This document shows, in pieces, positions 29,407 to 36,536 of a stretch of 64,000 nt of DNA. The notes below the pieces were generated by a model, which saw only the letters and a list, made by a program, of their open reading frames with translations, was not told the origin of the DNA and did no database searches. Source of the stretch: an uncultured Acidobacteriota bacterium (GTDB lineage: Bacteria; Acidobacteriota; Terriglobia; Terriglobales; Acidobacteriaceae); the NCBI GenBank assembly GCA_963798315.1, contig CAWCTA010000025.1:158007-222006 (forward strand), given 5' to 3'. Numbering within the stretch: position 1 is the first letter of the stretch; every line of letters begins with the position of its first letter. The position numbers and the translations under genes are program-made.

Positions 29407-30507
29407 ATGACAATGACGGCCTCACAATCTACGACGGAAAGTTCGATGGCGCTCTTATCGCGCCTGCTCCTGCTTCCACCGCCGCAGAGAACGGCAGCCG
29501 GGCTCACGTCGGAAGTGCTCAGCGTCGCCAGAGATCAATTCGACGAGTTGGCCGCTCTCGCGAGTCTGAATCACGTGATCATCCGTGGCTTAGGGACGTT
29601 CCTTGAGATCGCGGAAAATGCAAAGGATGACACCCGCGCCGATTGGGCTCGAACGGCCCTGGCCGCCGAGCAGTCGCGCATCGACACAGCGATCAAGTCT
29701 CTGGATGAGATTTGTGCCGTTTTTCAAGAAGAAGGTCATGATGTTGCGGTGATCAAGTCGCTTGATCACTGGCCAGATCTGGGCAGCGATCTGGATCTCT
29801 ACACAAACGCAGATGCGGCAGAGATTCGTGGGCTGATGAAGCGTCGCTTCGACTCCCAGACCGCACCGCGCAGTTGGGGAGACCGCCTGGCGGGCAAGTG
29901 GAACTTCATGATTCCCGGGCTTTCCGAATTGGTCGAGATTCATATGGGCCGGCTCGGACAGACTGGAGAACAGGTAACCATTGCGTCGCGTCTTGCCAGG
30001 CGCACACGCATGATTCCGGTCGCCGGCTATGAGTTCAGGGTCCCGTCCGCCTCCGATCGAATCATGATCTCGACCTTGCAGCGCATGTACAGGCATTTCT
30101 ATTTCCGCTTGTGCGATGTCATCGACAGTGCCGGTCTGACAGATTCAGGCAGCCTCAATTTCGAAGATCTTCGCTCGTCGGCGATCGATGCCGGCATTTG
30201 GGAAGGTGTCGCCACCTACCTCGTGATTGTGTCCGACTACGTAAAGACCTATCGTGGATCGGGCGTCGATTTACCTCAGTTTGTCCGCGATACTGCGCGC
30301 TTCGGCGGGGCCGAAATCTACTTCAACAAGGACTTCTTGCGGATTCCGATTTTGCCCCAGTCCGCAAGGCTCTATGGAACGCAACTTGCCGGTCTGGTGC
30401 GAAAGCGCGAACTGCATAGCGGAGCTCGACTCAGCTTGCTGCCGTGGCTCGCCACAGCGGCTGTTGTGGGACAGAAAATCACCGGAAGCGACAAGGGAAT
30501 CTGGTAA
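29407..30507 (+). CDS. Pol-beta-superfamily nucleotidyltransferase (uncharacterised)
   Basis: VIKSLD...GSDLDLY motif (GS-DxD) and a downstream VEIH strand. Confidence 0.7.
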   Translation: MTMTASQSTTESSMALLSRLLLLPPPQRTAAGLTSEVLSVARDQFDELAALASLNHVIIRGLGTFLEIAENAKDDTRADWARTALAAEQSRIDTAIKSLDEICAVFQEEGHDVAVIKSLDHWPDLGSDLDLYTNADAAEIRGLMKRRFDSQTAPRSWGDRLAGKWNFMIPGLSELVEIHMGRLGQTGEQVTIASRLARRTRMIPVAGYEFRVPSASDRIMISTLQRMYRHFYFRLCDVIDSAGLTDSGSLNFEDLRSSAIDAGIWEGVATYLVIVSDYVKTYRGSGVDLPQFVRDTARFGGAEIYFNKDFLRIPILPQSARLYGTQLAGLVRKRELHSGARLSLLPWLATAAVVGQKITGSDKGIW

Positions 30508-30628
30508 CAAACACATAGCTCGGACACTGCAAGTACAAATAACCGGGCAGCGCTTCACACCAATTTGGAATCCAAACTCCGGTCAAACCAAGAGGAGATG
30601 CCGGGACTCTGACCACCCGGATCATGCT

Positions 30629-31657
30629 ATGGCCAATCTGTTACCGAGAAATAAACCGATCTCCCGCGGCAGGTTATTTGCCAGCAATTCAGGCGACCCG
30701 GAGCAGGAGGCGGATGTTTACAACCGATCCTCGCTGGCTCTCGATCCTGAATCTTCTGCTCCCCATAAGCACACCGGTTCCCATGTGGTGGAATGGCCGC
30801 ATCCTGTCGCAGCCGCGGCCCCCGAGGGCGCGATCTGGAAAGGCCTCGATCCGTTTGAGGTCAAGCGGTCAAAGGCCTCCAGTGTTATTTCGTTCATCCT
30901 GCATGCAGTCATAATTGGCGCCGTGCTGTATCTCGGGTTGAGCGTTCGAGTGGTTATACCGGCCGCAGCAAAGGTAACCGCTGTCGATTTCAAGCTGTAT
31001 GCACCTCCACCTCCACCCAAGATCTTGGCGGTCGCACCCGTGCAAGGAGGAGGAGGAGGAGGCGGAGCACACCAGATTGTTGAGCCCACCAAGGGACGTC
31101 CGCCGGAGGTGAGAAAGCTGCCGCCGGTGCTGGCGCCGCAGATCCTCAGGATCGATCGGCCCAAGATGGCTGCCGAGCCTTCGATGCAGCTCAAAATGCC
31201 CGACAGCACCAATCTTCCCAACCTTGGCATGGCAGAGTCGCCGCAGATCGCGCTGGCTTCGCAGGGTAAGGGCGCTGGCTCAGGATTCGGCGCAGGTCTA
31301 GGTGGCGGTATCGGCGCCGGGCATGGACTTGGTGCCGGAACCGGCAGCGGCGGAGGGTATGGAGGCGGCGTAATGAGCGTCGGCGGCGGCGTCAGCGCTC
31401 CAGTCGTCGTTCATTCCGTTGATCCGGAGTTTACTGCCGAAGCTCGTACAGCGAACTTTCAGGGCAGCGTCTCCATTCAGCTCATCGTCGATAGCCAGGG
31501 CAATCCGCAGAATGTCCGCGTGGTTCGGCATCTGGGCATGGGGCTGGATGAAAAGGCAATCGAAGCCGTGAGGCAATACCGGTTCAGGCCCGCGATGTAC
31601 GAAGGCCATCCGGTTGCCGTCCAGTTATTGATCGATGTGGATTTCCACCTGCATTGA
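30629..31657 (+). CDS. TonB family energy transducer
   Basis: Single TM helix (SSVISFILHAVIIG), Pro-rich and Gly-rich linker, TonB_C domain (GSVSIQLIVDSQG...GLDEKAIEAVRQYRFRPA...G.PV). Confidence 0.88.
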   Translation: MANLLPRNKPISRGRLFASNSGDPEQEADVYNRSSLALDPESSAPHKHTGSHVVEWPHPVAAAAPEGAIWKGLDPFEVKRSKASSVISFILHAVIIGAVLYLGLSVRVVIPAAAKVTAVDFKLYAPPPPPKILAVAPVQGGGGGGGAHQIVEPTKGRPPEVRKLPPVLAPQILRIDRPKMAAEPSMQLKMPDSTNLPNLGMAESPQIALASQGKGAGSGFGAGLGGGIGAGHGLGAGTGSGGGYGGGVMSVGGGVSAPVVVHSVDPEFTAEARTANFQGSVSIQLIVDSQGNPQNVRVVRHLGMGLDEKAIEAVRQYRFRPAMYEGHPVAVQLLIDVDFHLH

Positions 31658-31672
31658 TCCAATGAGCCAACG

Positions 31673-31712
31673 AAACCAGAAGAGGAGCCGTTCGCGGCCC
31701 CTCTTCTGGTTT
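31673..31712. terminator. Bidirectional intrinsic terminator between convergent tonB and VWA genes
   Basis: 13-bp perfect arms AAACCAGAAGAGG/CCTCTTCTGGTTT plus inner GCCG-TTCG-CGGC hairpin; T-rich tails on both strands. Confidence 0.8.
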
Positions 31713-31794
31713 GTTGCCGGGACCAGCTGACCCCGATACCGAGTATGCGTGGGTGCGATGCGGGAGTTCCTGATCAGACACTCCTGGGGTCAGG

Positions 31795-33027
31795 CTATGG
31801 CGTGACTTCCTGCGCGGTTTGCGTTGGCTGGGCCGGCGGGCGTTTGGCGAAGTAACCCTTGCGGGTGCGCACGATCAGCCTGCCATGGCGCGGCGCTTTC
31901 ACTTCCACATGGATGGTCCGGTAACCCTCAATACTGGATGGCTTGCCGGAGTGGTAACCCACGACATACTGGTTGCGGATGTCGCGCGCAACCTCCCGGG
32001 CGATCGTGTCGACGTCACCCAGCGATTGAGGGAAATAGGCAACGCCGCCGGTCTCGGCGGAGAGCATGTCGAGCGCGCTTCTCGCCCGCTGTGCTTCGAC
32101 CGGCTCTGCATCGAACAGCAGGCCGATCGAGTACACCACCGGCCCTCCCAGGTGCTGCACCCGGCGAATGGCCTGTTCAAGGCTCAACCGGGAGGCGTTG
32201 TCCGCACCATCGCTGATAATCAGCAACGCCTGCTTCGGCTCCTTCGCGTGCTTCGATAACTCATCGGCCGAGGCTGCAACCGCGTCATACACGGCCGTGG
32301 TTCCCTGCGAATCGAAGTGCGCCAGACCGCGATCGAGCAGGGCGATGTCCGAAGTAAACCCCTGGTCGAGAAATGCCCGGTCGGAGAAATTTACGATGAA
32401 TGCCGCATCCTTTGGGTTGGACGATCTCAGCAGATCCAACGCGGCCGAATTGACCACGCTGCGCTTGTCGCGCATGGAACCCGAATTATCGACGACGATT
32501 CCCAGTGATACGGGAAGGTCCTGGTGCTGAAAGGAGTTGGTGGCCTGAGGAGCCCCGTCTTCCCACACTCGAAAGTCCTGTTGTTTCAGATCCATCACCG
32601 GCTTGCCGTTTTCGTCGATGACCGTACAGTTCAGCAAAACTTCATCTACATCCTGGTGCAGGGTGTAGATACCGTTCTGCCCCTTCTTCAGGGCTCCGGG
32701 GCGCTCATTCGGAACCGGGGCGGCAGGGTTGATCGCTACATTGTCGTCGGGATCCGGCGAGAGGATCGGATCGTGGTCCAGGCTCAGATTTGGCTGCGCT
32801 TCGGGACGCGTCGGATCGTATTGCTGGACCTGGGCCCCGGCGCTGGCAGGAACCGAATTCGTTTGCGAGCGGGACGCGGGCTGGGCTTGCCCACCACCAT
32901 TGGCCGGCGTTTGAGCAAACGACATGGTCCCAATGCTGCCCAGTGCGATGGCAACCGCCAGAGGCGCCGACAAGTGAGCGCGCAGCAGAGAAATCCTTGA
33001 AAATATAGGCACACGAATCCGTTCCAT
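31795..33027 (-). CDS. VWA domain protein (acidobacterial VWFA type)
   Basis: EVLLNCTVID, DFRVWEDG, MIDAS VDNSGS, GTTAVYDA, LLIISDGADNAS, ETGG, IRNQYVVGY, VRTRKGYF. Confidence 0.9.
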   Translation of the reverse strand: MERIRVPIFSRISLLRAHLSAPLAVAIALGSIGTMSFAQTPANGGGQAQPASRSQTNSVPASAGAQVQQYDPTRPEAQPNLSLDHDPILSPDPDDNVAINPAAPVPNERPGALKKGQNGIYTLHQDVDEVLLNCTVIDENGKPVMDLKQQDFRVWEDGAPQATNSFQHQDLPVSLGIVVDNSGSMRDKRSVVNSAALDLLRSSNPKDAAFIVNFSDRAFLDQGFTSDIALLDRGLAHFDSQGTTAVYDAVAASADELSKHAKEPKQALLIISDGADNASRLSLEQAIRRVQHLGGPVVYSIGLLFDAEPVEAQRARSALDMLSAETGGVAYFPQSLGDVDTIAREVARDIRNQYVVGYHSGKPSSIEGYRTIHVEVKAPRHGRLIVRTRKGYFAKRPPAQPTQTAQEVTP

Positions 33028-33098
33028 TTGAGTCCCATACTATTTGATGCGCCCAAACGGACTGACAGCCAAACCGCGCGACCGCTCGGATTCTAACT

Positions 33099-33201
33099 GC
33101 CGTCATCCAGCCCGGGCGCCCTGTCCAAGCTCCGCTTGGGCGGGATGAGGCTCAGGGTCGGTCGGGGTGGAGATCCTCCGCACCCGAGCCACTGTCACGG
33201 C
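33099..33201 (-). ncRNA. Candidate structured RNA (three-way junction) upstream of the VWA gene
   Basis: Outer stems GCCGU/ACGGC and GCUCGGGUGC/GCGCCCGGGC need G-U pairs available only on the minus strand; inner hairpins GGAG-GAU-CUCC and CCCUG...CAGGG. Confidence 0.4.
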
Positions 33202-33206
33202 GCTAA

Positions 33207-34124
33207 TCATGCCCGACCAGCGCGAAGAGTGATTTTTGTGATCTCCGGCGGACAGTCGAATCGGAATGGAACGCCCACCGTCCCGATTCCGCGGTTCACG
33301 TAAAGCTGCATGGATCCTACCCGGAACCAGCCCTGGACGAATTTCCGGCCGCCCGGAGGCAGATCCAGGGCACCCACAAACGGCAGGCGAACCTGGCCGC
33401 CATGGGTATGCCCGCTCAGCATCAGACCAACCGACTTGCCGGACGGATGAGCAGCCAGTTGATCCGCATAATCGGGCGCGTGGCACATGACGATGACCGG
33501 CTCATCCGCCACATCGCGAATGGACGGCGGAATGGCGGCGTCGGGGTCGGGCCGTCCACAAACCGGATCATCGAGCCCGGCCAGCCAGATCCGGCTGCTT
33601 CCCCGCTCCAGGGGCAGATAGGAATTGTTGAGCACCGTGATGCCATTCGCCGTCAGCGCCTCCGTCACCAGCTTTTCGCCGAGCATGACGTCGTGATTGC
33701 CCATGATGGCATAGCGTTGCGTGCATTTGAGTTCGTTCAGAATTTCGGCGCACTGCCAGGCGGATTTGGTCGCAAACTTTCGGGGGGCAATCTGATAAGT
33801 GACATAGTCCCCGGTCAGGAAGACTGCATCCGGCTGAATGCGGTTGATCTCCTCGATCGAATGACGCAACAGGAACGGCTCAGTGAATTCGTCGAGGTGG
33901 ATATCGCTGAGTTGCGCGATTCGCATCCCGTCGAAGACCCCAGGCAGCGACTGGAGATGAATTTCGAGCGGCTTGACCTCGATCCAATGGCGCTCGATCT
34001 CTCCTGAATAGAGAGCCAGGCCGGCGCCCCCGCACAGTCCTGTCGTGAGGAAGCGGCGCCGGCTCATGGGTTGGAGTTGGATGGAGTCGGGGGACGGCTG
34101 GGACTCACTCGTTTTTAGATTCAA
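33207..34124 (-). CDS. Metallophosphoesterase (YkuE-like, calcineurin-like)
   Basis: QLSDIH, LTGDYV, MGNHD, MCHAPD, LSGHTHGGQV, YVNRGIG; SRRRFL Tat-like motif. Start is TTG 34124 or ATG 34067. Confidence 0.9.
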   Translation of the reverse strand: MNLKTSESQPSPDSIQLQPMSRRRFLTTGLCGGAGLALYSGEIERHWIEVKPLEIHLQSLPGVFDGMRIAQLSDIHLDEFTEPFLLRHSIEEINRIQPDAVFLTGDYVTYQIAPRKFATKSAWQCAEILNELKCTQRYAIMGNHDVMLGEKLVTEALTANGITVLNNSYLPLERGSSRIWLAGLDDPVCGRPDPDAAIPPSIRDVADEPVIVMCHAPDYADQLAAHPSGKSVGLMLSGHTHGGQVRLPFVGALDLPPGGRKFVQGWFRVGSMQLYVNRGIGTVGVPFRFDCPPEITKITLRAGRA

Positions 34125-34189
34125 ACTTCTTCTGCTCCTGCAGGGTAGGTAATGAAAGGTAGGTAACCTGCTGCATAAAAATGCGCCGA

Positions 34190-36343
34190 CTAGGGACCCA
34201 TACTGGCGGGAGTGCATGGATTGTATCCGAGCGAGGTCGGGTTGACCGGCGTGGGCGGCGTGGGCGGCGTAGCCCACGGAGTTTTCGCGAAGTCAAAGAA
34301 CTCCAGCAGGTTCGATTGCGCCGCGTCGCGCGCCGTGAGATGCGTCGAACTGCCGATAAACCGGTTTTCGACAAACTTGATCACCGCCGTGTGATCGATG
34401 GGCGTATGCGACACATAATGGCGCCGTGTGAAAGGCGAGATGACGATGTTCGGTATACGGAAGCCGAGTTGCGCGGCAAAGCCATAAACAGCCGCCGCAT
34501 CGGTGCTCTTGGTGCCAGGATAGGGGACAACAAGATCGCAATGTATCGTCTTCACCCCCCCGGCTGGGAGACACGGATTGTAGGCATCCGGATTCACAGC
34601 GATCGCGGAGATATCCGGGATCGCGCCCAGCGCGGAGTCCGTGTTCTGGTTGGAGTGGCCGGGCACCGGCGGGACGTGATCGTAGGGTCCGCCGCCCTCG
34701 TCATATGCGAGGAAGAAGACAGAGTTTTTCCATGAAGAACTGGTCATAAACGCGCCCACAACGCTCGCGACTTCTGTCTGCCCGTTCAGGACGGAATTTC
34801 CTGAGCCCGGATGTTCATCGTTCACGCCCGATCCGGATTCGATGAACGAGAAGCTGGGAAGAGTGCCGTTCTTGAGATCGGTGAAGTATTGGGAGAGCGG
34901 AGCAATGTGGTTCGGATCGACGCAGAAGGAATTCGTCGTGTCGCCCACCACGCTGGACGGCTTGGTGGTTCCGGTACAGGCGGCTTTGGATGAATTCAGG
35001 TAGATGTACCGAAATGAATAACTCAGGCTCGAAAAAGTGGTATCGGGATAGTTCCCGTATGGGTTGGTCGTGGCGCAGGGACTGGAAGCGAGGCAAAGAT
35101 CGTCGGTGACGGTGTAGTACACCTTCCACGTCACGTTCGCCGTATCCAGTTCCTGGAAGATGTTGGGGATGTTGAGTTGGGGCAGGTGGTCGTTGCTGCC
35201 CGGATCAGCGATGAGACCCTGGGTGGTTCCCCCGGTGAAAGTGGCGATGCGATTGGGCACGCTCTTGCTCGAGACGGGGGAGAACCAGCGATCGGACACG
35301 GCGAATTGCGAGGCCATGTAATAGTAATAATTGAGAAAATCCTGATCGTAGTAGCCCATGGCGCGCTCGCCGGTTGTATCGGTGTAGCTTCCGCCACAAG
35401 TGCCGGAATTGAGACAATTGGTCGAGTAACCTTCCGCCGTGTGGACGAAGCCGTCCATGCGGATGGGGCGTGTGGTGGAGAGATCCCAGCGACTGACATC
35501 GCCATAGCTCTCGTACCATCCAGAGGTCGCGTCGTCGATGCAGGTCGACCTCAATTTGAAGATCGGATACGTCGTGCCCTGATCGTCCTGGTTGCTGATC
35601 GTGTTCAGCTTGTCATCAATTCCGTCGACTTCGTAGTCCTTGCCGTCCTGGCCGATATTCCACCCCTTGACCTTGCGATAGGGATTCAGCATTCCGAAGT
35701 AGTTATCGAATGAGTGGTTCTCCTGGAGCATGAAGATGACGTGACTGATGGCATTCACGCTTCCCGCAGGTATGACGTCGACGGTGCTGGTTTCCGAGGC
35801 GCTCCCGCCCGTGCCGCTCACTTCGGCGGTGTAGGTGGTGGTTGCGGTCGGAGTCACGGTCTGCGTTCCGCCGGTCGCGGCAAGGTGATACGTGGTCCCA
35901 TCGGAGCCGGCGATTGTCACCTGGGTTGAATTGGCGGCAGTGACGGTCAACGTGGACGAACTGCCGGCCTGGACCGTGGGCGGATTAGATGTAATGCTGA
36001 CGGTCGGCGCCGGCGGATTTCCCACGGTTATATTAATGGTCGAGGTCGTGGCGCCGCCGCAATAGTCCCATTCCTCGACAACCGTGTGCTCCGGGCCATT
36101 ATTCATCGTGATATAGGTGTTGAGTACTGTGCCTTTTACCACGGATCCAGTAATCAGAACGTTGTTGACGTAGATCCCCATGGTGGCAACGCCCTTGGCA
36201 CAGGTGGTGGCGGTTGCAGTGGCCACGTAATGCACCGGCGAAGGTACCAGCGCGCCGGGAGTCGGGCTCGTAACCGTGACGGTGGCAAAAGCGGGCATAG
36301 CCCATGCCGCGATGGGAAAGAGAATGTGGGGGAAGACCTTCAT
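34190..36343 (-). CDS. Secreted PLC/AcpA-type phosphoesterase, paralogue of 24963-27140, with N-terminal Ig-like domain and one Thr-rich repeat
   Basis: Signal peptide MKVFPHILFPIAAWAMPAFA; QENHSFDNYFG, DEHPG, YDEGGGPYDHVPP, GFRIPNIVISPF. Confidence 0.85.
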   Translation of the reverse strand: MKVFPHILFPIAAWAMPAFATVTVTSPTPGALVPSPVHYVATATATTCAKGVATMGIYVNNVLITGSVVKGTVLNTYITMNNGPEHTVVEEWDYCGGATTSTINITVGNPPAPTVSITSNPPTVQAGSSSTLTVTAANSTQVTIAGSDGTTYHLAATGGTQTVTPTATTTYTAEVSGTGGSASETSTVDVIPAGSVNAISHVIFMLQENHSFDNYFGMLNPYRKVKGWNIGQDGKDYEVDGIDDKLNTISNQDDQGTTYPIFKLRSTCIDDATSGWYESYGDVSRWDLSTTRPIRMDGFVHTAEGYSTNCLNSGTCGGSYTDTTGERAMGYYDQDFLNYYYYMASQFAVSDRWFSPVSSKSVPNRIATFTGGTTQGLIADPGSNDHLPQLNIPNIFQELDTANVTWKVYYTVTDDLCLASSPCATTNPYGNYPDTTFSSLSYSFRYIYLNSSKAACTGTTKPSSVVGDTTNSFCVDPNHIAPLSQYFTDLKNGTLPSFSFIESGSGVNDEHPGSGNSVLNGQTEVASVVGAFMTSSSWKNSVFFLAYDEGGGPYDHVPPVPGHSNQNTDSALGAIPDISAIAVNPDAYNPCLPAGGVKTIHCDLVVPYPGTKSTDAAAVYGFAAQLGFRIPNIVISPFTRRHYVSHTPIDHTAVIKFVENRFIGSSTHLTARDAAQSNLLEFFDFAKTPWATPPTPPTPVNPTSLGYNPCTPASMGP

Positions 36344-36536
36344 GTGCCCGCCTTTACCGATCACTTGTTCTGAACACCTGTGTATAGGATGCATAGATGC
36401 TGGAATCTGGTTTGTTCGCAGCCAAATGATAGGTTCTCATCGTAGGACCAACGATGCGATGTGCCAAAATGGGCTGGGTGGGTTTGCATCGAAACTTTAA
36501 AAACGCCCTTTTGGCCTACCTTTGTAACCACGAGCA

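Noticed and set aside
31040-31390. GGA/GGC-rich low-complexity tracts as a repeat array
   Set aside because: They encode the Gly-rich linker of TonB; there are no spacers and no cas genes.
33085-33265. Full-length 6S RNA call using pairing with the 3' end of the metallophosphoesterase gene
   Set aside because: The extra 5' arm lies in protein-constrained sequence (RFDCPPEI) and competes with the better intergenic stem; only the 33099-33201 candidate was kept.
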